Assembly (NCBI GenBank): GCA_964035545.1
Contig: OZ037765.1
Location: forward strand, 19,778,995 to 19,842,994
Origin: Bugula neritina
Taxonomy: Eukaryota > Animalia > Bryozoa
Length of the DNA: 64,000 nucleotides
Direction of reading: 5' to 3'
The notes below the pieces were generated by a model. The model did no database searches. It had not been told where the DNA came from and was given only the letters and a program-made list of their open reading frames with translations. A program made the position numbers and the translations under genes. Below, piece by piece: positions 1 through 12,400 of this stretch (position 1 is its first letter; every line of letters starts with the position of its first letter).

Positions 1-1167
1 GATTGTACTGGGCCTGGTGGTGATACAACTACAAACAAGAACTACTACTATTAGTATTACTAATACTACTACTAGACCTAGTAAAAGTACTACTAGTACT
101 GCTAATATCTATATTACTGATGCTAGTAATACGGTATGAGTATCAATATGGGTATTAGCATAATCATTAACTTGGAAGTAATTAACATGAGATAAACATG
201 ATTATCTTTAAGCTTCTGAGTTATGATTATGACCATCAACTTCAAGGTCACAAATCATCACAGCTACTCAGCTAGGTGATAATTTTAATGTTTAGCAATA
301 AGTAAATAACATTAACTACACATGTAAGACAAAGTCCAAGTCTAATCACAGTGAATGAATGATTGATTTTATTACTAAGTCCCCACTAGTAATACTAATA
401 GTATTAGTAATATTAATTGCAAATTCAATTATGATCATATTATTATTATCATTTTTATTATCATAGTGATCACTAGCACTTGAAGTAAATGCCTGAAGCT
501 AATGTTCTAGAATCAACCAAGTCTGCAATCACAATGACATACGGAAATAATAAAAATAAATGGGCAATTTATTAAATCATTTACTTATGTAATGCATAAT
601 TAGCTAAGCTTCACACTGTTACAATTTGACTTATATTCACTTGATGCTAATTATGTAGTTATGTATGTATGTATCAGTTGTATGCATTTACATTTTAAGT
701 ATAGGTTTAGTAAATGGCCAGTTCATATAGCAAATAATCTGCTATCTTTAGACTTGGAATTTAGCTCTAGCTATTCATATTTCAAATTTATTATTTTTTC
801 TAATTTGACAAGTCATTTATAATGAATATATAATAAGACATACAATTAATAAATTGGTTGTGACTACCCAACTTATTATACCGGTAAACAACTGCCAAAT
901 TAAAATAATAATAGTAATAAAAATAATAGCTAATTGTATTTAAGAAATTTTAACTTCATTAAAATCTGATAAAATCAATAATATTATTAGTTATCATATT
1001 ATACTGAAATCATATCAGTAAATGTTACAAATGCTAATCTAAATATGAAATATTTATTCATTTAAAATCATCAAAATCATTGTAACTGAAATAAATACAC
1101 TTATTTGCAACTGTTAACAGTTTAAATTAAATTTCTTTATCCAAGTTTCACATTAGCAATACAGTTA

Positions 1168-1613
1168 GCATAGGGTCACACGACATGGGCTACCCATGCG
1201 GGCAACATGCAGGAATCGCGTTTAGCCCAAAAATGGGCTGTTGTGTGCGGGGTTTTCATGCGGTTAACATGCTGAGTTGGAAGTGCAGCAAGCTCATGCA
1301 GGTTTGATCTAATTGACTGATAACCATTTAGCGATTTTTTAATTTCAATTGGCGTTTTAATTTTTAGCGAACTGAATTAAAACAGTTTCATATAGTTTGC
1401 ATTTCCGCATTTATAATATTTAAGGTCACTTTGCCCATGACATAGATTTCAAAACAAACGTCTGTAGGCGAACAGTAAAGTTAAGCTCCAAGATCATTAG
1501 CTAATAAATTCCACACCCACAACCCACGCATTGTGTGTGGCATGTTGTTCCAGGAACGGGTTTTCAAAAATTTGGACCCGCATGCAGGAAACCCGCGTCT
1601 TGTGGCCCTACAC
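1168..1613. mobile_element. MITE, PIF/Harbinger (Tourist)-type
   Basis: Imperfect TIRs GCATAGGGTCACACGAC... / ...GTCTTGTGGCCCTACAC flanked by TTA at 1165-1167 and 1614-1616. The terminus resembles the MITE at 12494. Confidence 0.7.
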
Positions 1614-2097
1614 TTATGACTATCTAAGCCAAGGGTGTCTTTTCAGAGCAAGAACGACTGAAAGGGAATATTTTATTGTAAACTTTAGCTTGTGCATATA
1701 CATAATCAAACCAATCCTGAATTTGTTGCCTACGGATTTTTGTGCGTTTGCTGAAACAAATTTGCCTTCAGAATTTAATGTGAAAAACAAACTATAAAAT
1801 CCTTTATTTTTAAAATTCTTATAAGATTTGACATAAGATAATAACAATAGGCTTTTAATATAAATGCAGGCCAATTTCAGCAACATAAAACTGTGATGAA
1901 AAAGTGCAATTAAGTGCCCAGAAGAAACTATGTGAGGATCACTTTGATCTGTAAGATATGTATAGATGCATCCATTCAAGTATTATTGTCAAAAATTTAC
2001 TTGAATTGCGGTTTTTATTTAATTAGAATTATTTCCTGTTTTGTAAATATTTGCTATTGCTCTGTTATCTAGACATTGCTAGGCTAGGACTTACAAG

Positions 2098-5000
2098 ATG
2101 GCATCACAGCCATCAATATGTGAAGGATTCTGGGATCTGGTAAATATTTCTGATATAAAGGATGCAGAGTCGTTCACTCTTCGTCTCGGAGGTTCTCAGG
2201 TAAGGGCACTGTTTTATAGTTGATATCCAAATATAGAGACTAATAGCAGATATTTACTTGTACTGTTCCAATGAGGATTTGTCTTGAATTTACTTTGCTG
2301 GCTTGTTTGAAATATGCCCTCTTTTTATCTACTTACCCTATTAAGGTTACTCCATTCGAGTTTCGCAATCATAGTTTTGAGCCATGTTAAAATTTAAATT
2401 TCAGAAAGAGTTTGAAGAAATGATGTGCAAAATTCAGGAATCATGTGCCAAATCAAGTACTCCTCCTGCAGCTGTTTCTACTACTACTCCATTACTAGCT
2501 CAATTCAGTTTCGACAATGTATGGTATAGGGCTGAGGTAAAAGGTGCGTATCGGCTGTTAACATTTTTAAGCTTTCGATATTCATTTGCTGAGCCCAAAA
2601 TAGAAATGTAAATATATTTGTACACCTATTGCAACTTTGTAGTTTGTGATTTTTTTTGTTCTACTAGTATGCTAAAGCAAGTAGCAATGAATAAGATTTA
2701 TACTTGCATGTATTTGAAAAACTTTGTGCTACTAGACATTGGTGCTATTTGTCATAGATGTGAATTCTGATGGGTCCGTCCAAGTATCTTATGTTGACTA
2801 TGGTAATGGTGAATCAGTTCAGAAAAGAAACACTCGTCCTAACACAGCTTTCCTGAGCCTGCCCAGGCAAGGTGTGGAGTGCCGACTCCATCGCATTGAT
2901 TATTCCAGACCCCTTGGCTTAGAGCACCACAGTTCCTTCAAATCTCTGTGCTTGAACAAAACATTTAAAGCACTCTTTGTGAATAAGCAAATTCCATCTT
3001 GCTGGAATGTGGAGTTGTTTCATGAAACAGGTATGTGTCTCGGCTGGAATATGATTATGTGAATTACTAAGGTTTATGGTGCTCCATATATTCAACATGG
3101 ATGCAATGTATAAACCCGACTAAAGTGAACTTATTAGAAATAGAATTTGTTGGGAAGATACTGTTCGTTGAGGACAAGACGTTTCAGTGTAGCTCAGAGG
3201 GGAAGCATTGCTTTACTCTGCCACTTGTATTGATGATGACTTGCCATTATGTTAAGTTAGAGACTGTGTAGTGTAGTCTTTTGTAGTTCTGAGTGGTGGG
3301 TCTGACTCAAGGTTACCAGAAGGTGATGTGGTGGTTGCCACCTTAACAGCTACAGTTTTTACGAGTATTGTAGAAATGGTGTGCTGTATTATTGTAGGCA
3401 ATGTAAATGATTGGTTTGGTAAACAGACGGGCAAGTTGCTGGCTCCACTGGAGAAGCTCACGATTCCTTCTAAACTTCCCCATCCCCACAATGCCGGTCT
3501 GGAGCCTGCAAAGGAAGTGACTCAACCACCTCGGAAGGTTTAGTATAGTTCTATATTGTGAAAGTTGTGAAAAGTTGAAACAGGCCTTGAATTGACTTGT
3601 TATGACAATGCTTTATTGACGTTAATTCTAATTCGAATATCTATTATCTTTATTGATTTTAGTAAGTTGCATTACAATGATGATAATTAATCGGTTTTTG
3701 CTACATGTTATATGTGTATTGATTCTGTCAAAGTGGGAAAGAAAGTATCCAAAATTATCCAGCTATTACCTATTTCGTTGATTTCATTTACTGGTTAACG
3801 TTTTTTATTTAGAATGAGATTAACGGAGCTGCTTCTAATGCACATTTGCAAGCCAGGCCTGTGGCCAGCAAGTTCACTGGCACTGTGGTCTACATAAACA
3901 GTCCCACACAGTTCTGGTTACTCAACAGTGTGGATGACGACACTGTCATGGGTATCGGAGCTGAGCTCGCCGAGCATTGCAACAGCTCTTCCATGCAGAG
4001 GTTGAGGTCTCCCTCTGTTGGCCAGCTGTGTGCTGCTCTCTACGATGAAGATAACACGTGGTACAGGGGCGTGGTGACCAAACTCCTCGACGGTAATAAT
4101 GTGCAGGTGTGTACTTTTGTCTGTAAGCACGTTGTTTTTTCTTTATTTTTATATTACTTATGCTAGTTTCGTTGATCTTAGTCATTGTGGGTTGGAACGA
4201 AATGCATTATATTACCAACTAGCATCTTCATGTAAGTAAAGTAGAAATTCTGCTCCAAACCTTTGGTATATCAATTACTCTGACACAAACCTTTGGTATT
4301 TAGCTCTAATTGGTTGCAGTTAACACATTTGATATCCAAATCGCCCACTCATACTATATAATTGGTAAAGAAGTAAACACTGCCTCCTTGCCGCTCTTTA
4401 ATGTAATGCAGTACAAATCGAGTTCCTGCCTTTTAGTCCTATTTCATTAAAGTCAATGGTTTAGCAGTTACAAGTTTGATCACAAAGTTTGTACGTCAAA
4501 CAATATTTGTCTAAAAATGTGAAGCCTGGTGGTGCAGAATGCAGCTGAGTATATCTACATTAGATGTGTGTAGATACAACTTACTTGTCAATCTTTCAGC
4601 TCTACTGATAGGTTTTTAGAAGTGAAAATGGCTCCAGTATGCAATTAATTTGTTTAAAAAAATTCATAATTATTGTTTATTCAATTCAATAAATTATATA
4701 TTTAAAAATTTAACCCAATGTACAATAAATTTTATAAATTTCTTTTCATTGCTTTATTGCATTGTTCTTGGTTTTTAGATACAGTTTATTGACTATGGCA
4801 ATACAAGCATAGTGAGCTGCGACAATCTGGCTCAGGTGTCTGCTGACTCGCTGCCCGCACCAGGATACGCTGTAGAGGCATCGCTGCATCAGCTTTCACC
4901 CCCATCTGGTGATAGCTGGAGTGAAGAAGCTTTGCAGGCATTCTCTGATCTGGTGTTGGAGTCTCCGTGTGATGTGGAAATCATCAACAAAAGTAGCCAA

Positions 5001-8000
5001 TCAACTTACTCGGTTGACTTGAAGATACAAGGCACTTCTGTGGCACAGAAACTAGTAGAAGGTAGGTTGGCTGAGATGTAAGTTAGTGTAGATGAACCGG
5101 AATCAAACAAAAATTTGTATCTCTGTACATAACGGGGATATATGAGCAGCCATTTTGTCTTCACTCATTTTGCATACGTGGATGAGGATGTTATGTGAAA
5201 AGTAAATTATTCCTAATTCATTGTTGGAGAGCAATTGTGACATAAAAATAACCCTTGGGCACAGCACCAGTTTTTGTCATTATATAATGCAACTGTTATT
5301 CTTTAAACTAGCTAAACCTCATCTTGCACTCAGGTAGAATTAGCTAGTACAGGTCTTTCGTTGTTTAAAATTCTGTTAAAACAAATTAAATCATGTATTA
5401 TCTGTGGCCAAAGATGGTGTAGGCCGTAGGGGGTATTTAGTTAATGGAAAAATAGAAAATGTCGTGTGGTTTCATTGCTAGTAATTTGCAGCAGAGCTGT
5501 CAACTTTCAAGTGTAGTTTGGGTGGTCTATTGTGTTATGTGCTTACAAGAATGGAGCAATAATTAATAAAACTGTTGTTTTTATTTAAAAGTATAATTGA
5601 ATTATGCATTTAGTCAAGTAAACCAAAATATAACACAATACTTATAAGCCGATCTGATTTTTATAATTACTAGAATTCAATTGTCATTTCAATATGCAGG
5701 TTTGCACATATTCATCAAACTCTTTTATGGCAAGTAACATTTACGAACTGTAAAGTGTTGTAAGATTGCTTCTTAGTAGACTTGTGTTCTTTGATACTGT
5801 GGCATAATAAGGTTTTCAGAACTGGATTTGAATTTTGCTATAAAGATCAGTGCATAAAATTTTTAAAGAATACAATATGTTTGCTGTTTTTTCTTCACTA
5901 AAATGCAACTCCATGATGTCTAGTCATCTTGTCCATTGTGCTGAACTTTGTTTCAGAGGGTGTCGCTGTACGGCAGCAGCGCTCATCAGCTCCATCAACT
6001 CAACACACACCATCACCTGGCTCCTCCAAGCCTGCCTCCGTCTACCAAGGTAGTTTCTCTAGCCAGCTGGTAGATAGTCAGCAGAAAGAGTTCGTGTTCA
6101 TCAGTTGGGTGGTGAATCCTCAGGAGTTCTGGGTGCAGAAGGATGGCTGTGAAGGACAACTGGAAGCTCTGTTTACGTCTGCTAAAGAGGTAAACTGCTC
6201 TTGTTTCCTAAATTTGCAACTTTAGGTGTTCCATCTACTTCTTCTCGCTATATACTTTCAATATAAAGGTGTTCATAAGATAACATTCTGTAAACAAATA
6301 AATTCTTGTTTCCAAACACTTGTTTGAGTTTACAGATAATCTGAAAGAGTAACATTGTATTGCTGTTAAATCTCGTTGTTGGGTGTTCTATTCACGTAGC
6401 TTATGTCTGGCTCATTTTTTTTTATAAGAATGTGACTGGGTTAAAGGCATAATTCCGTCTAAAATAATTGCAATTTTCTAACTTTGATTTGTATGCGGAA
6501 CTGATAAGTTGGTATAAGTATTAGCAAACCTTGTAGAGTGCTACAGCTACTTTGTTTAAGCTGAACTGCTGATTTGTATGTTTAGTCGGCTGACAACACA
6601 CGACCTCTGAGTGACCCTACTGTCGGGATGCCATGTATAGCCAAGTACTCCGCTGACAATAACTACTACAGAGCAGAAGTGGTTTCGCTTGATGCCACTT
6701 CCTGTACGGTCACGTTTGTTGATTATGGTAACACAGAGAGCATTGCTGCTGGTGATATATACCCGTGTTGTCCGTCGTTGGCAGAGATCCCCTGTCAGGC
6801 GTTCAAGTGCTCCTTGCTGGGAATCAGTCCTGCCTCAGGTACTCTATATACACATATCCCCTCATTCTTCAGTACTAGTCTTCATTACTAAAACTTGAAT
6901 TTGCAGCAAAATATTTGAGCTGGTAATACTGTTAATGTTAGCTAATTCTGTTATATAGCGAAGTCCTCTTTCCCTTCTCACTCCTTCCCCGCAACCCGAA
7001 TAGGACAAAGCGGAGATAGGTGAGAGTAGGTGAAAAAAATTGAGTTGTTTTTATTGATAGGTTCGGAATGGAGTCCCGAGTCCGGAACAGTGATGGAGAG
7101 CTCAATGCAAGACGGTGCTACTTGCACGTTCCTAGCCAGACACGGTGACAAGTTCCTAGTGGAGATGTGTCAGAGTGAGGGACTTAGTCTAGTCGACGTG
7201 CTGGTGCAAAGCAACCTCGCCAAACCTAGTGCTAAGCGTAGTCAGGCTTCGGACAGATCTCAAGGTGTGTTGTGGCTCCTAGGTGTTATGAGGTGGCCAA
7301 CTGGCAAATCCTATTTGCTTTCGTTTTTCTTGACCAAGGAGTTAATGAAAACGATATATCTTATTGTAATGTCGAGCATTGTTGAAATTAGTGCATCTAA
7401 TTTTAATTTAAGTTATTTTCAGAAAGGGGTTCACTTTTTTGAGGCTCTGATTTTATTCCTATGTTATTAAGTACTGTTGTCAAAACATGAGGGTTCAGCT
7501 ACTGAATAAAGTATTGAAGAAAGTCTATGCAGATCTCGTTTACATCTGAGGTGTTATTTCTGCCACAGGTAGTCGCAAGTCTAGTTCCAGTGGAAGTTTT
7601 CCTCGTCACGTCAGTGTGCCCACCCCAAGCAGACTAGCTGGTGGTGCAGGTGATGTGGCTAGCTTGAAGGTGTCCTATAATATTCTCCCAGCAGCGCTAA
7701 CCAATCTAGGTACTTTTTAAAATGCAAATGTCAATTTTTCTAGTTATTTTTGAGATTTTGATGGTCTTTTCCTCTATTCAACTCCTAAGAATTTGAGTCT
7801 ACAATGTGATGTCTCTGCATTTAATGAACATTGTAACACTTCAGGTTTGAAGATTGGAGACACTATTGATGGGTTCATTGCGCATTGTGAAAATACTGAT
7901 GCTATATACATCCATCTCACCAAAAACAAAGACGAGATTGACACCATGTATGAAAGCATCGCCACCCATTATAAAAGTGGCAAGGGAGTCAACGTAGCGG

Positions 8001-9444
8001 AAGTAATACAAGATGGCTGCTATGTCACCAAATTCTCCGAGGATGGCGAGTGGTACCGTAGCAAAGTGATAAACATTGACAACAGTGATGTCAAGGTAAG
8101 CTCTTACTATTAACAGCATAGACACTGTGTATATATAAGTATATGCAGGGCTCCTCCAGCAAGTGCATTATGGGATGAGATGCTTGTTGGGGTGAAATGG
8201 TAGCTGGGTACCAGCTTTTCTGAACTGATGGGAAATTAATATCTGGTACAAAAGGAACTTTTGTGGCAGATATATCAAAGCTAGTGTTGATTTCAATTAG
8301 GGCACCATTTTGTCACTTTTCTTAACTGTCCTTGCTTGAAATGCTGCAAAACTGAAAAATAAAATCCAAGTTTGACATTGATGGATGCAACATTCATGGA
8401 ATTCTGAGGCTGATTTTGTTTTCTTTTGTTGACAGTTTAATTTTGCTGTGTTGTCATTTTTAATTCGCCCTTAACCTGACAAATGGGTAATCTTTTATAC
8501 AAATCATAATTTGCTTGTGCATAAACTTGGTCATTTTGTTACGTCTTGGATTCTAGATTTTTACTAAGCAGCAAGCTAAAGTGTATACTGTCATTTGGTG
8601 AAATATTATCAAACTGGTGTAGTAGCTAAGACATGGTGACTATGTTTTTAGGTGTTCTTCTGTGACTATGGAAACACTGAGACCACCACTGTTGGCTGTT
8701 TAAGACAGCTGGTTCCTGCATTTTCCAAAATGCCTGCCCAAGCTCTGCGTTGCTCCCTCTTCGAGTGTAATGACCGTCTAAGTGGCAAAAGTTTGAAGCA
8801 GTTTCTAGCTAAATACTTGTATGCGTACATATCAGGTGAGTTGGAACCATACTTTTTTCCTGCTTTCTATAAAAAGTGGAAAACTGCTATATTAGTTTCA
8901 CCATTGCAGCACCAATATCTTGTAAAGATATTTTGAAAACATGGCACTTTATTTTCATTTGTTTTCAATTGTGGAGAATACATCTGATCGATAACCTATA
9001 ATGTCTGATGAATTTATTGCTAGAGTGTGTAAAGTGGTTAAAGCATTATAAGTTAGTCAAATTTCTGTGCTAATAGTTAATAATTTTTCTTCACTGGTTG
9101 TTTATGTAATGGACGTGGGGCATGTATGCTTCCCCTCGTCCATTAAGCACATAAACACTTACATGCGAAGCGTAACTGTATTATAGTCGTAGAAGTATTA
9201 TAACATTCCATTAGTCACGCTCGGGCTAACATTGTGAGACACCGCACTCTCTGCGGCAGTGGTGCAAGATGCTGCGCCACTGCTGTTGCGGTCCCCATCG
9301 CTGGAACACATTAGCCAATCTGAAGATAGCCTCCGGGCGCCCAAACTCATTCCATGCTTAGATGCCTTTCAAAGCTAACTACTGTGTAACTCTATATTGT
9401 GTGCTTTCCTACACTGATGTAACTTCTTGTAATTAGTGTTGTAA

Positions 9445-9475
<31 letters not shown>

Positions 9476-12400
9476 TGATCTTAAAACTACTCGGTTCTCT
9501 CTTATAACTTTGTAGAGAGGGAATGTTCTAACAGTGCAAACACACAACATAACCCACATTGGTCGTAGTCCTACAAACTACAATAGTTTACAATTAAACT
9601 GATCTAATTTAACGCGGGTGTCAATATTTCATTGAATTCAGTCGGTAGGCGTCAGACTAAATGCCATCAATTGACTGTTTTAGGTGAGATAAAGCACAGC
9701 AGTGCAGATTGCACTATTATGGAGATGTTTCACGAAGGCAAACTTCTCAGCTCTTCTGTTAAAGAGTTGTTACTGGCATGTCCACCATCCCTCAGGTTCA
9801 CCAGCAAGGAGCTGAGTCTAGGGGAGCTCCAAGGCTATCTGGTGTATGAAGTGAGTCAGAAGGAGTTTTACATACAACTTGAGTCAGATACTGACCTGTT
9901 GGCAGAAGTGAGTGAAAAGGTGTCAGCCCTGTCGACTAGCAGTAAGCAGTTGGTGAAGCCTGCAGTGGGTGAGGCATGTATTGCTAGATTCAGTGAGGAT
10001 GAGGTCTGGTACAGGGCAGAAATTACTCAGTGCTCATCTGACTCTTTAGATGTGAAGTTTGTAGACTTTGGTAACAGTAGCTGTGTAGTTGCTAGTGATG
10101 TGCTGGAGATATCGAAGGAGCTAGCTGATATCCCTACTCTGGCTATACGATGCTCTCTTATGTGTGAAGACAACTCCCGAAACCTCACTGACTGGGCCAC
10201 AGGTATGTTAAGTCAATATAGAGTCAAGTATTTTAGACTGTTTTTTTTGCTTAAAAGGAGGTTCCCCCTAGACACACTTTGCCGCACCGAAAGCCATAAC
10301 GTAAAATGTCGGCCATTTTTAATGTGTACGGGCTAAATTTCTATTGGGTACGATTTGTGACACCTCATTGGACATCTATGTCCAATGAATTGATGCGAAC
10401 GTCTTCCTGTCTAATAGGAGCCTGCCGCAACTTGCCTAAATCAAGCAGTGTTTGATCCTAACATACGCCAGCGCCGTACGGGAAGCTCGGACATTTGTAA
10501 AAATTGCTACTATTTTACGTTACAGCCTACGGTGCGGCAAAGTGTGTCTAGGGTGGTTAGCTTTACATCTAGCCTGTTGTTGTCAGGATATGATAACTTT
10601 AGAGAATAAATATTTTTGGAAATGTTAAATTGTAACATGCAATGGAAATAGAAATGCACTTAAATTTTTTTTGTTATTGTTTTCAGTTGGGTTGCTTTAA
10701 TCTAAAATCATTAAAAACGTTATTTTAGGCAATCTAAAATCTTATTCTATTTGTTTTGTAAAAGAGTCTGAAAGCCCCCAGTCTTCACTGGCAACGAGGA
10801 TGTGGAACAATTTATTCAAGAATTCAGTGACGTGGCAGAAGTCACTCAGTGGCCACCTCGTGTGGCCCTGTTGAAGTTGCGGATGTCATTGGCAGAGAAG
10901 GCCAAACCCTACGGGTTAGGACCCGATGTCAATGGCATCTTTGCAGCTTTGAGGACTCAGTTTGGCATCTCTCCCATAGATGCGCGAGTCTGCGTACAGG
11001 GGTTGCGGCGCGATCCGCGCACCTCCCTACAGGAGCATGCCGTCACGGCCAAGAAGTTGGCACAGATCGCATACAGCGACTTGTCACCTGCAACCGTGAG
11101 CGGTACACTTTTGACGCTTTTGTGCAGTCGGTAAATGACCTCGGTTTCCATCACCAGTTTCTGGCGAGGGAGTCGCGGCGGCCGAGGACACACTGCGCAA
11201 AGGTGAGGCCCACCTGTTGGCCACCCAACTACACAGGAGTCACGTGGGGTCCCGCCAGGTTGAAGCAGAGCTGGCAACAGCTCACAGCGAAGCCAAGGGG
11301 GCGACCCGCGTAGCTGCCGCCACCACCCAGTTGTCGACTGCCTCCAAGGTCGCGCATGTGACCGACATGGTGACGAAACTGGTGGAGGCGCTCACTCGGG
11401 CTCCAGCGGTTTAGCCCACTCACAGACCCTTGCGGTCACGAGCGAGACTGTCAAGGGAGCCGGCTGCCACATGTTGGGAGTGTGGTAGCCGCGGGCACCG
11501 CCGCAAGGAGTGCCCCTCAGTACGAAGGGAGTTAAACTCTCATGGCTCGCAGGAACTTCAGCCAGCTGCGGGTCGGAGATAAGACTTCCCTGCGGGGGAG
11601 CCGTCAGCAGTCCGTACGGTTGCAACGGACAACCCCGCAGGAGTGGCAGGTGCCACGACGGACAGGCAAGCCGTACGGCCAGCCTGCTACCTTCACCTTG
11701 CCACTCCAGAATAGCTTCGGCGAGTTGTGCGAGCCAGAGTCTGAGGGGGAACAGGACCTAGCGTCTGGTGGAATGCTTCCTCCCCCTCGAAGACCTGTCC
11801 GCAACCAACGAACACAACCCCAGCCTAAGCTCAAAGCGAGAGAGGTGTCCTCTGCAATGACCGAGCGCAATAGGAGAGTGTGGGTACAACTTTATGGTGT
11901 CAGCTACTTCTTACCAGGCAAGGTAGCCGGTATAGCTGTCACCTTCCTTCTGGATTCAGGGTGTACCACTAACCTTCTAAGCCGCCAGCTCTTTGACACC
12001 CTAAGCGCTAGAGACAAAGCTGGTCTGGAGCCATACGATGGGAAACACGGCTCGTTGGCGAACGGGTCGTGTATTCCCTTCTATGGTATAGTTGAGCTGG
12101 CAGGACGTGTCTGGGATCAAGTGATTCAGAAGACATTCATCATCAGCCAACTCACGGAGGATGCTATCCTTGGGATGCTATTCTTGAAGAGACACGAATG
12201 CCATATTGACTTTAGTAAGTCTGCGCTGGTTTTGGCTGACGGAAGCTCACCTGCGTCGACAAGTTTGGTCATCCATTTGTAGGGGGCGTACAGGTAGCAT
12301 GGGGCTGTACGATATCTGGACGTTCCCGCGCCACCATTCACTCCAGGGTGAACAGTAGTTGCTGTTGGTCTGGTCGGCCCCATGCCCCCAACACCCTGAG

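Noticed and set aside
1531-1979. Short ORFs upstream of the Tudor gene
   Set aside because: They overlap a MITE end and AT-rich intron-like DNA; no recognisable domain.
11525-11545. GTTAAAC as a gag-pol -1 frameshift site
   Set aside because: Imperfect slippery heptamer, and the surviving protease frame is not -1 relative to gag; the element is too decayed to call.
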